A DNA stretch of 53,458 bases, taken from assembly GCF_001194135.2 (NCBI RefSeq), contig NC_068981.1, forward strand, positions 191,534,196-191,587,653, written 5' to 3'. The translations under genes were made by a program, and so were the position numbers. This DNA comes from Octopus bimaculoides (taxonomy: Eukaryota). The notes beneath the pieces are model-generated. The model worked only from the letters and a program-made list of their open reading frames with translations, was not told the origin of the DNA and did no database searches. This document shows, in pieces, positions 34,541 to 46,480 of this stretch (position 1 is the first letter of the stretch; the number at the start of each line of letters is the position of its first letter).

Positions 34541-34850
34541 TCTCCAAGAGGAGAGGCTGCATGTATAGATATTTTGCAAGATCTCTTAACAGAAAGCAGC
34601 AACATCTATAAGCCCATTTTTTCTGATCTCCAAGAGGAGTGGCAGCATCTAAAAGCTATTTGCAAGGTCTCTAAGAGGAGGGGGAAGTAAATATAATTCA
34701 TTTTCAGGTGTTTCAAGAAAAGGGCAAAAACCTATAAATCCCCTGCAGTATCTCCAAGTGGAATCCCAGTATTTTAAAATCATTTGCAGGATCTCTGAGA
34801 GAAGGGGCAATATCTATATACAGTTTGTAGTATCACCAAGAGGAACAATA
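34541..34850. repeat. Degenerate ~41-bp minisatellite (7-8 units)
   Basis: TCTC(C/T)AAGAGG-like starts at 34541, 34582, 34627, 34668, 34709, 34751, 34792 and 34833; each unit ends ...TTTGCAGGA-like. Confidence 0.7.
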
Positions 34851-35689
34851 TGACTCAGTGACTAAGAGGTTTGCTTTGTAATCATGAGATCTTGGTTTCA
34901 GTTCCACCATGTAGTATTTTGGGCAGAGGATATTTTTTTTGCTATAACTTTTAAGGGATTCAAAGCTTTGTGTGTGAAATTGGTTAGATGGAAACTAGAT
35001 GCCAATTGGATGTATTATACATGTAATTCTATGATCCAGTCTATTTTCACAAGACAAGGTACAGAAAATTGTTAGTGGTGGTGGGTGTTGTGCTGCTGCT
35101 GTGCCTGGTGGTGTTGGTGGTAATGGTACTGCTGGTGTTGGTTGTATTGGTACAATTGAACACACCATTCCTCAGGATTACATTTAAACTGTCTGATCAA
35201 TGAATTTCACTATGACCTGGTAAATATAGCGTGACACAACTTATAATGCCTGAGATTGAATAGGTTTTGAATGAAAAACCATTCACTGGTAAGATAATTT
35301 TAAATAATGATGTGGTAGGGATTTCTCTGCATAACGAATATATAGGTAAGTGGGAGCTGATATATTAAACATAGAGAACAAAAAAACTTGTTTGGAGCAA
35401 TTGAAGTTACATCTGTAATGGAAAAAATCATTAGCATTGATAATAATTCTTGTGAAGACAATTAAGGCAGATAACTCTGAAAGCCAAATTAATTTGAGTT
35501 AAAGTTTAAATGGAAGTAAGCAGTAGGGGATTAATCTTTCTATGGTAAGTATGGTGACAAACCCCTGAGAAGAATGGGGTTGAAATGGTTATCTTAGGTT
35601 TGAAAACAAAAGGCTTCTCAGATATGTTCTGAAAATACTGAGCCCACAGAAATTCACGAAATGTATGTAGTATGTAATGTAGATCTAGT

Positions 35690-36150
35690 CAACCCACACA
35701 AATGTAGAAGGATAAATAGTTGTTGTTACAATAATGATTATGATACCTTCAATGCCAAAGTGAAGGAAACTAAGAATTGTGACAATGGCAACACCCACCA
35801 CCGGATGAAGACAAGGATGATGATGATGACAATTATGATAATACTGACAATGACTATCATGTAGATGATGATGATAATGGCAATGATTATGATGAAGATG
35901 ATAATGAGGAGGAGGAGAGTTCAGGAAATTGTTTGCAGTGACAGCAGCAACGGTGGTAGTGGTGATGGTGATGCTGCTACAGCTGGTGGTGGTGGTGGTG
36001 GCACTAATGCTTGTACTCATGCTGTTGGTACTGGTGCTGGTTGTGTTTGTGGTGGTGGAGACAGTAGTGATGGTAGTGGTGCTGGTGCAAATGCTGGTAG
36101 TGTTAGTGCTGTTGTTGGGTGAGGTGGAGGTGGTGGTGCAGGTGATTACA
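35690..36150. repeat. Compound trinucleotide low-complexity tract (GAT/GGT/GCT)
   Basis: Degenerate (GAT)n, (GGT)n and (GCT)n runs. These explain the spurious ORFs at 35661-36165. Confidence 0.85.
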
Positions 36151-36961
36151 CCATCTGTGAAATAAGTACAAATACTGCTTGCTATTGTCCGACTCTAAAT
36201 ACATGGACTGTTTTTAACTGTTCGCTACTAAGTGTGACTACAGATATTACAACAATCTTTAGACATAAGCTTTATTGTATTACAAGTTTCATATCTTTAA
36301 TCTATTAAAAGCTTTTCAGACAAATTGATTTGTGATATTTGATGTTAAGAAAATAATAATATAATGATAAAATAAATAAATAAATTAATAAAAAAGCCTC
36401 AATCATTGTCTCCTTTTTAATGTGGGTGCTTTCCAGGAGGCAAAGCTAGAATTTAAGCAGACTACTTTAAACCTTTGAAAATATAATGATAATAATAATA
36501 ATAATAATGGCTTCAAGTCTTGGCACAAGACCAGCAAATTAAGGTGTGTGGGTAAGTCAATTACATCGACCCCAAAGGAATGAAAGGCAAAGTTGATCTT
36601 GGCAGAACTCAGAATGCAAAGAGCCAGCAGTTATGCCACTAGGCATTTTTGTCTGGTGCACTAATGATTCTGCCAGCTTACCATTTTAATATTGATAATA
36701 ATAGTCATAATAATTCTTTCTAATTTTGGCACAAAACCAGCAATTTTAAGGGGAGGGGCAAGTTGATTACATCCACACCAGAACTTGCCTGAAACTATAT
36801 TTTATTGTCCCCAAGAAGATGAAAGGCGATGTTGACCCGACAGAATTTGAATTCAAAATGCGAACAACCAGATGAAATGCTATTAAATATTTCTGTTCAG
36901 TGTGCTAACAATTCTGCTTGTTCATCACTTTGATAATAATGATAATAATAATAATAATAAT

Positions 36962-37300
36962 AACAAGAGCACTCAGAGAGCACAAACCTCTGCCAAAGCA
37001 ACACCAACGTCCTCTCAACGATTAGCCAGAGATGATTTTTAAAATGAGAATATCTGAAGTAAACTCGACTTCTCTCACAAACAAGAATACTAAAACTTAA
37101 CTTGACCACTCTCAAAAATTAAATAAAAAAACAGGAAAAATAATCTAGAATCTTTATACCAGATTGATCCCAAAATCTGAAGCCAAACATCCCTGAAAGT
37201 TTCATTCGAATCCATCCAGCAGTTCTTGAAATGTCTTGTTCACAGTCAAACAAACAAACATGACTGAAAACAATAGCTCTGCCTTCGTTAAGGTGGAGGT
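36962..37300. mobile_element. Helentron-associated (HINE/DINE-1-like) non-autonomous element
   Basis: Subterminal ACCTCTGCCA near the left end, (CAAA)n microsatellite, terminal hairpin CTCTGCCTT-cgtt-AAGGTGGAG (37277-37298), inserted in an AAT run with no TSD. Confidence 0.55.
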
Positions 37301-37929
37301 AATAATGATAACGATGGACTCTACACAAATGATTTGTTTATAGTGATCAAATGTAAGTGATGTACATTAGCTCACTCTCTCTCCATCAAATCGATGTTGC
37401 CTGAAGAGATACATAGTGTGACATAAATCAGGCTTTAAAGTGACTGCACAGCAATGTGAGATGAAGTGCCTTGCTCAAGAACACAATGCACCACCCGGTC
37501 TAGAAACTGAAACCATGATCTTGCGATCGTGAGTGCAACACCCTAATTACTAAACCATGCATCCTCACAATAATAATCATCATCATCGTTTAACATCCGC
37601 TTTCCATGCTAGGATGAGTTGGACGATTTGACTGAGGACTGGCAAACCAGATGGCTGCACCAGGCAATCCTTTCTAATTAATGCACAAGACCTGGAATTT
37701 GAGGGGAGGGGGATAGTCAATCACATCAACCCCAGTGCTTGACTGGTACTTAATTTACTGACCCCGAAAGGGTGAAAGGCAAAGTCAACCTCAGCAGAAT
37801 TTGAACTCAAAACATTAAGATGAATGAAATACTGCTGAGCATTTTGCCTGGCATGCTAATGATTCTGCCAGCTCAAATAATAATGGTTGTGAACAGCTGA
37901 CTCTTTTTCATTGTTCCCAGCAAAATAAC

Positions 37930-38275
37930 ATCTGCTTTCCATGCTAGCATGGGTTGGACGATTCGACTGGGGACTGGCTAACCGGATGGCTGCATCAGGC
38001 TCCAATCTGATCTGGCAGAGTTTCTACAGCTGGATGCCCTTCCTAAAGCCAACCACTCCAAGAGTGTAGTGGGTGCTCTTACGTGTCACCGGCACGAGGG
38101 CCAGTCATGCGGTACTGGCAATGGCCATGCTCAAAATGGTGTATTTTACATGCCACCTGCACAGGAACCAGTCCAGCAGCACTGGCAACGACCTCGCTCG
38201 AATGTTTTCTAATGTGCCACCGGCACAAGTGCCAATAAGACAATGCTGGTAATGATCACGCTCAAATGGTGCTAT
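37930..38275 (-). mobile_element. RTE LINE 3' end, second tandem-array subfamily
   Basis: Family core plus CTGGCAACG..C.CGCTC.AAATG units, also seen at 43795-43964. Confidence 0.75.
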
Positions 38276-38919
38276 TTATTAATAATAATAATGATGATAA
38301 TAATAATAATAATAATAATAACAATAATAATAATCCTTTCTACAGGAGGCACAAGGCCTCAAATTTGTGGGGAGGGGACTAGTCAGTTATATCGACCCCA
38401 GTGTTTCACTGGTATTTAATTTATTGACCCCAAAACGATGAAAGGCAAAACAATAATAATTCTTTCAAATTTTGGCACAATGCCAGCAATTATGAGGGGA
38501 GGGGCTAATCAATTACATCAATAACTGGTGCTATATTTTATTGTCCCCCAAGGGAAGGAATGGCAAAGCTGACCTGGCAGAATTTGATCTCAGAATATAA
38601 AGAGCCAAAGGAAATGCCACTGAGCAGCTTCATCCAATGTGCTAACAATTCTACGAGTTTACCACCTTTAAGAATCTAAGCAGAATATTTAAAATTCTTT
38701 GCGGAAAAATATCCTAATAATCCTACCTACTTAGGTACAGGGCTTGAAATTTTGGAGGGGGCTTGCTGATTATAATGACCCCAGTGCTCAACTGGTGCTT
38801 GTTTTATTAACCCCAAAAGGTTGAAAGGCAATTTCTGCAGGATTTGATCTCAAAATATAAAGCTGGAAGAAATGTGACGCATTTTGTCTGGCATGCTAAC
38901 AATTCTGTCAGCTCATTGC

Positions 38920-38968
38920 CTTAATAATAATAACAACAACAATAATAATAATAAAAATAATAATAATA

Positions 38969-39037
<69 letters not shown>
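38920..39037. repeat. (AAT)n(GAT)n microsatellite
   Basis: Direct observation. Confidence 0.95.
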
Positions 39038-39040
<3 letters not shown>

Positions 39041-39944
39041 TTTGTGAATTCAGTACTTAGGTACACTATAACTTGTCAGAAAGTTAAAGGAGGGGACAGA
39101 AAGTAGACATATAAAGAAAGAACAGCAATGAAGTCTAGAAGTACATGCACAGAACACAGAATAAGAAGTTAAATAGCTGATCAGATAAATATTCCAATGA
39201 AATTCGGAAAGATTCATAATTTATACATTAAGAAAACAAAAAACAAACAAAAACACTTGATTTTGTTTTGTCTTCTATCAAAGAAATGATTTTCTTTCTA
39301 AATAAATATGGAAGGAAAACAGGATGCTGAAAGCATCTGAGATGATAAGGCAGCTGGAATAGACTGGTTAAATAGAAAGAAGTGTTACAGTCAAGACAAA
39401 TACCATTATTTTCTTCATTCTAGTTATGAGAGAAAGAAAACTTGGCAAGGTTTTCCAGGCCTGATAAAGATCTATTTTATACTCAATGGAAATGAAAAAT
39501 GTTCATACATATTTGTGTATTACGAACTGTTTGTGGAGGAAAGTAAGCTCATATAATTGTCGAGTAAATCACAGTCAACTTTCTGTCTATTGCTACCCAA
39601 ACTAATGTAACATAATCAGTTGTTCCCGTCCAAATTCTAACTGGAATAATCTTTGCTATTCAAATTGTTTGGTAAAAATTCATGCAAAACTTGTACTTGA
39701 GTTTAGTCCCAAGATACACTTCACAGTTGTTCTGGGATGCATCATCAATGAGGTTCGTGGGGATTTTGAATCATTCAATATCAGACTCCCTCACCCAGCT
39801 GACCCAGACAGGATTAATCAAGTCCCAGCTTGCATCCCAGTGGCAGCAAACCACTGGTCTGTTTTCTTTATCCATAGTCACCTTGTGGCCTTCTCTGTAA
39901 TGGAATTTATAACCCTTTCTTTACTGCAACCAGTAACTCTAAAC

Positions 39945-40295
39945 CAATGGTTCTCAACCAGATTCCATATAGCTCCTGAAGGTCCATATAAAACTTTTAA
40001 GGGTCTACTCAACAAAATAGTAAATCGAGCATCTACAATAATATTTCAAGGGTCACTGAAAAAATTTTGTTTCAGATAAATGTATTGGTATGTATTGCAA
40101 AATTGCTAGGTTCCTTTCACTCACATTTTACAAAGTTCAACCAACACAAATTAATGCATGAAAAGTTAAAATAGGAATTTTGAAAGAAGTATGTATAAAA
40201 CTAGTTTTTAAACATTAAATGGCTAGGGGTGGGGGAACCAGAATAAAATAGTAATCAAAAGGGATCCATAGATAAAAAATGGTTGAGAACCCCTG
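39945..40295. mobile_element. hAT/Charlie-type MITE, copy 3 (uninterrupted, 351 bp)
   Basis: TIRs CAATGGTTCTCAACC / GGTTGAGAACCCCTG; 8-bp TSD CTCTAAAC/CTCTAAAT. Confidence 0.88.
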
Positions 40296-40732
40296 CTCTA
40301 AATCCAGGCAGAACTTTGCAGAATGAATGTCCCACAAAATTTTAGCAGCCAGCTTCAATTGACTCCCAACATGTCTGCCAGCTCTACATCACAGTTTGGC
40401 AAACTTTCTCACATGAGTCTGTAGTTATGATGATCTCCCCACTAGCAGAAATTATATTACATTTAAATACAACTAGACAATTATATTTTTCATTTCCCAA
40501 CGAACTAAATTACATTTAGTATTATGGAGGTGATTTGAAACTGTATCTTTGAATATGCTGTCAGACATCATAAGCAAATCACCATAGTTCATGTGATTGG
40601 TTTATTAACTGACCAATCATCATGAAGCAATGGTGTGGACAGGTTTTCTCAAACATTCTAGGATTTGAAACCATTTGGTGTGCATTTTTATTGGCCAGAC
40701 AACCTGCATTCTGTAGATCTTAAATGTATTAA

Positions 40733-41676
40733 CCCTCTTCATACCAACCCACCTGCCCTTGGTTCTATGATACAAATTTCTTTTCTTAAAGTGATCTAAA
40801 TTAAAACATTCCATCAAAATTTCATGTTGATTTGTATTTCAAATACCAGCTTAATAATGACAGTCATTTTAAGTTCTTCACTATTTTCATAATTGATTGA
40901 AATACTATAGTTTGCAGCATAGAAGATGCTGCATAGTGGAAGACATCCTGATTTTGGAATTCTAGTCAAAAAGGATTTTAAAACTTACTTTAGCTGGTAT
41001 GAATTTGGTTACATGTGCTTCAACAACAGAAACAAAATGGCATGACAGCTCCCTGGAAATTCTCACCTCACTCTGAAAATTCTTACCTCACTGGCAAAAA
41101 CAGGAAAACTTCTTTTATTTAATAAAGATAAAACGAGGTTCATAGGGGCACTTGATTTTTTGGTTTGTCTATCATACAATGTGATTGGATACAAAACTGC
41201 ATCCTGTGTAAAACTAGACCAATCCAAGAAATGGACTCAGTTAGGTATTACACCATCACACGACCAGTTTATGTGACCAATTGTTAGGGACATACAGGGT
41301 GAGCTGTTTTCCGACTATTTAAGCCTAAATGATGCAACAATTTATAACAACAGTCTCACCACATCACTAAAGCCTTGTTCACATGATGAAGTAGAACCCA
41401 GCAGGCATACACTAAATGCCTGTTATCAAACAAAAATGGCAGACAAACCAGCCAAGTGCTCCTGCCTGTCGTTAAGTGAAATCCTCAAACAATGGCTACC
41501 TAACTGGTGCTTTGCTGCTCTTCACTGTAACTATCCTGCAATTCTCAGCATCGGAGAAGATGTATGGTAATTTTCAAGGCTATTTTTTCAAGGTATTTCA
41601 AAGTATTTGGCATCTTCTATACCAAAACATTATGGTAAATGTAATGTATTTCAACAAAAATGTGGTAAGAAAAGGG
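40733..41676. mobile_element. piggyBac-type MITE ends (same family as 31928, reverse orientation) enclosing ~730 bp of other sequence
   Basis: TTAA|CCCTCTTCATACCA...TGGTAAGAAAAGGG|TTAA. 40733-40906 and ~41640-41676 align consecutively to the reverse complement of 31928-32128. Confidence 0.65.
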
Positions 41677-42971
41677 TTAAGTTTCTGTTTTCCTCTTTTC
41701 TCACTATTTCCATGTATATACATTACAAATATTGATTTCAAATTTTGGTACAAGGCCAACAATTTCAGAAGAGGGGATAAGTCAATTACATCAACCCCAG
41801 TACATAGCTGGTACTTATTTCATTGACCCTGAAAGGATGAAAGGTAAATCTGACCTCAACAGAATTTGAACTTAGAACATAAAGACGGACAAAACGGCAC
41901 TGAGCTTTTTACCCAGTGTGCTAAAAATTCTGCCAGCTTGTAACCTTATCACAAATAGTAATTCACACTTTTGAGTGGTAACAACCATTTAGCACAGTTC
42001 TAGAAAAGCAGAACTTTGCACCAAGTTTTTCAGACAAGAAAAACTCTTTTCTAAACAAATTCAGATAAAGGAAATAAAATTATTCAGTCAAGTGTTAGAG
42101 GAAAACAACTTTGGAAGGAAATATTTTCAAAATGATAAATCCAATTTTTTTATTTTTAAAATATAATTTAATTTACACTTTTTAATTTAGTGCAACAACA
42201 GAAATAGAAAGTTTATTTCAGAAGCTCAGCAAAAGTAGTCAGTTAGAAAAAGTAAATGTTTACATGTCATTTTGAATTTATTCTTTGTATTTGCTTTATT
42301 CTTTGTATTTGCTTTATTCTTTCAACTTTGCAAAATGTATGTAATGTATGCATGCATTTCTGTTTATTTCCATTTTCTTTTTGATGTTCGATACATATAA
42401 TTCTTAAACAGGAACATTATTGACAGTGACTTTGAAGTTTCAGCCAGCTAAGCCATTTTCGGACTGTTTAAGAATAATAAATTTGTACTCTACAAAAGTA
42501 GAGAGTAACCAATCAGGTTAATGTAAAATTGTTTTTATTATAACTGAACATAAAAATAAATATTAATATATCATCATCATTGTCATCATCATCATCATAA
42601 CCATCATCATCATAACCATCATCATCATTTAGCATCCTCCTTCCATGCTGGCGTGGGTCGTGTATTTTGACAGGTTCTGACAATCAGAAGACTACGCCAA
42701 GCTCTGCTGTCTGCTTTGGCATGGTTTCTATGACTTGATATCCTTCCTAATGCCAACCATTTTACAGAGTATATTGGGTGCTTTCACATAGCAACAGCAG
42801 CAGCAGTGAGGTCAACAAGTAATTTGCAAGACCAGAATCGACAACTGAGGATGGGGGAGTAGCAGTGAGGGAGGTAGCTTTTGTACCTGGAGGTGAGAGG
42901 TGAGAGTATGAGTTGAGGGACAGAAGTAGTTGTCCTGCAGTGGAGGAGATACATGGCAACCTGAGCAGGAG

Positions 42972-42977
<6 letters not shown>

Positions 42978-43025
<48 letters not shown>

Positions 43026-43026
43026 A

Positions 43027-43077
<51 letters not shown>

Positions 43078-43078
43078 T
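42978..43078. repeat. (AG)n microsatellite inside a LINE-derived fragment
   Basis: Direct observation. Confidence 0.95.
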
Positions 43079-43635
43079 AAAATGGTGACGATGTGATAGG
43101 GTGTATACCCAAGTTACAAGGAGGTGTAAATAGTTGAGTTGACCAAAGATTGCATAGAATTCATGAGGTTGCAAAAGGAGAGTGGAAGCTGGAGGGGAGG
43201 GAGGGAATGTAGTGAATGGCCACAAGCAGAGGGAGGAAGTGTTAGGAGGATATGTTGTCAGCGACATAGTGTGTGCAGGTAGGTTTGTGAGAGATATGTA
43301 GTCTTAAAAAGCACCGAAGTGTGTCAATAGCAGATGTAAAGTGTCCAGCAACAGTGATGGAATTGCTAAATCTGGATTTCAACATCATTGCATATCATCA
43401 GTAGCAAATATCCATCAGCAGCCACAAGCTTAGATAAATTTTGCTTCTACTGACATACAGAAAAACAGTGATAACTGGTGTCAGAAATAGTTGATGGTCT
43501 AGGTAAAAATTTATTATTAGCAACAAAAGCAATATTAGTTCACAATAACATTCTATATATCTTACTTAATGTGGATATACTGTTGAAAGCCACAACACTA
43601 TGGTATTCCTTTTGAGAACACATCCTGGATAGATA

Positions 43636-43964
43636 TCATCATCATCGTTTAACGTCCGCTTTCTATGCTAGCATGGGTTGGACGATTTGACTGAGGACTG
43701 GTGAAACCGGATGGCAACACCAGGCTCCAGTCTGATTTGGCAGAGTTTCTACAGCTGGATGCCCTTCCTAACGCCAACCACTCAGAGAGTGTAGTGGGTG
43801 CTTTTACGTGTCACCCGCACGAAAACGGCCACGCTCGAAATGGTGTCTTTTATGTGCCACCCGCACAAGCCAGTCCAGCGGCACTGGCAACGATCTCGCT
43901 CGAAAATCCTACGGGAGCCAGTCAGGCGGTACTGGCAACGGCCACGCTCAAAATGGTGCATCTC
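43636..43964 (-). mobile_element. Young RTE LINE 3' end running into an N gap
   Basis: Near identity to 3560-3760; CpG-rich; the tandem array is truncated by the gap at 43965-44809. Confidence 0.85.
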
Positions 43965-44810
43965 NNNNNNNNNNNNNNNNNNNNNNNNNNNNNNNNNNNN
44001 NNNNNNNNNNNNNNNNNNNNNNNNNNNNNNNNNNNNNNNNNNNNNNNNNNNNNNNNNNNNNNNNNNNNNNNNNNNNNNNNNNNNNNNNNNNNNNNNNNNN
44101 NNNNNNNNNNNNNNNNNNNNNNNNNNNNNNNNNNNNNNNNNNNNNNNNNNNNNNNNNNNNNNNNNNNNNNNNNNNNNNNNNNNNNNNNNNNNNNNNNNNN
44201 NNNNNNNNNNNNNNNNNNNNNNNNNNNNNNNNNNNNNNNNNNNNNNNNNNNNNNNNNNNNNNNNNNNNNNNNNNNNNNNNNNNNNNNNNNNNNNNNNNNN
44301 NNNNNNNNNNNNNNNNNNNNNNNNNNNNNNNNNNNNNNNNNNNNNNNNNNNNNNNNNNNNNNNNNNNNNNNNNNNNNNNNNNNNNNNNNNNNNNNNNNNN
44401 NNNNNNNNNNNNNNNNNNNNNNNNNNNNNNNNNNNNNNNNNNNNNNNNNNNNNNNNNNNNNNNNNNNNNNNNNNNNNNNNNNNNNNNNNNNNNNNNNNNN
44501 NNNNNNNNNNNNNNNNNNNNNNNNNNNNNNNNNNNNNNNNNNNNNNNNNNNNNNNNNNNNNNNNNNNNNNNNNNNNNNNNNNNNNNNNNNNNNNNNNNNN
44601 NNNNNNNNNNNNNNNNNNNNNNNNNNNNNNNNNNNNNNNNNNNNNNNNNNNNNNNNNNNNNNNNNNNNNNNNNNNNNNNNNNNNNNNNNNNNNNNNNNNN
44701 NNNNNNNNNNNNNNNNNNNNNNNNNNNNNNNNNNNNNNNNNNNNNNNNNNNNNNNNNNNNNNNNNNNNNNNNNNNNNNNNNNNNNNNNNNNNNNNNNNNN
44801 NNNNNNNNNG

Positions 44811-45100
44811 TTTTTCACCCTGGAATGAGATAGAAGTTGTTTCCTGTTTGTTTACAGTCTTTATTGCACCTGAACATCTGCCACAAACAAAAACTAACTT
44901 GCTAGTTAACCTGCCTTTGATGTTGCTGCACCTCTTATGTGTCCATAGCTTGCACCGGGTACATCTTATAGAGTTACTACCTACTCCTTTTCTACATACT
45001 GAGCAGGGCCATCTACCTGAAGGGGTTTGTGTTTTATCTACCTTCCTACTTATTAGGATTTTGGTTTTAGCTCCTACTTATTAGGATTTTGGTTTTAGCA
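44811..45100 (-). mobile_element. RTE-like LINE ORF fragment with a C4HC3 (PHD-like) zinc finger
   Basis: Minus frame KTKILISRKVDKTQTPSGRWPCSVCRKGVGSNSIRCTRCKLWTHKRCSNIKGRLTSKLVFVCGRC. It is probably continuous, through the gap, with the 3' end at 43636. Confidence 0.8.
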
Positions 45101-45367
45101 TATAGTGCTAAAAATCACAGAAATGTATGAGTGTATATAATACCACTCTGTATATTATACAGATGCCCATACTATCAAAGGTGTGAAGTATCAATGTGGA
45201 AAAAGCAGCAGTTTGACCTGGAGAAACTCTCTGATCAATAAGCTATGCACACTGTTGAGTAACAATACTCCAGAGATCCTTTGGGGAAGTCCCATTTCAA
45301 CTGCTTGTATTCATGACCTATTTTAGCTAGAAATGATTGAGATGAGGGATTGGAAGAGTCAAAACAA

Positions 45368-45825
45368 ATCATCATCATCATCGTCATTTAATGTCTGTTG
45401 TCCATGCTGGCATGGGTCGGACGGTTTGACCAGACTGATATGCTGGAAGACTGCACCAGACTCCAGTCTGATTTGGCATGGTTTTCTACAGCTGGATGCC
45501 CTTCCTAATGCCAACCACTCCGCGAGTGTAATGGGTGCTTTTACGTGCCACCGGCACAGGTGCCGATTAACGTGACACTGGTGTTTGCCACGACTGCGCT
45601 AGTGCCATGTAAGAAGTTCCCATGCTGGTGCTGCATAAAAAGCACTCAGTGCATTCCACTCTGTAAAGTGGTTGGCATTAGGAAGGGCACCCAGTTGAAG
45701 AAACCATGCTAAAACAGACAACTGGAGCCTGGTGTAGCTCTCTGGCTTGCTATCTCCTGTCAAACCGTCCAACTCATGCCAGCATGGAAAATGAACATTA
45801 AATGATGATGATGATGATGATGATG
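45368..45825. mobile_element. Head-to-head pair of RTE 3' ends (antisense ~45368-45600, sense ~45620-45825)
   Basis: (CAT)n at the left and (GAT)n at the right, with reverse-complementary family cores. Confidence 0.8.
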
Positions 45826-46429
45826 AACAACTAGCTTAATTTAGTAATCCATTAGTAAGTGTTAATTGCTTTATTTCCTGCGATAGTACCACATCACTGC
45901 TTCCTCCTTCAAACCCTGCAAGTACACAGAATTTTAAATTTGTCATCTCCAAAGTTACTCATTTCATCCTTTAGCATTGAAGCTAAAGGAGGGAAGGAGG
46001 GAGCAGTAACCATGGCTACTATGCTATTCTTGACTGGTCAAGTTGATGTCCTAAACATCCCTCTTGAATCTTTGAAAGTATACATCTTGGGATGTTGTAC
46101 TATCGCAGGAAATAAAGCAACATCTGACAATATTCTATCTGTTTTATGTTGAAACTGGCTGGATCCAGTCTCTCACATCTAAAAATAAACAGCCACATAA
46201 TCAAAATCTTGAAGGTGCAAGATAATGCATGATACCGGTGTCATGCAAACGGCACCTGTGCCAGTGGCACAGAAAAGCACCCATTACACTCTCAGAGTGG
46301 TTGGCATTAGGAAGGGCATCCAGCCATAAAATACCATGCCAAATCAGACTGGAGTCTGCTGCAACCTTCCAGCTTACCAGGCCTGGTCAAACCATCCAAC
46401 CCATGCCAGCATGGACAATAAATGTTAAG

Positions 46430-46480
<51 letters not shown>

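Noticed and set aside
33505-41052. Faint resemblance of scattered minus-strand exon-like peptides to a small multi-pass transporter (TMEM241/SLC35-like)
   Set aside because: Phases are inconsistent, similarity is limited to a few residues, and an equally plausible plus-strand exon exists at 33917-34000. I cannot support a gene call.
27692-44833. Long ORFs containing X runs (27692-28124, 30308-30892, 43701-45084)
   Set aside because: They are open only because of N gaps.
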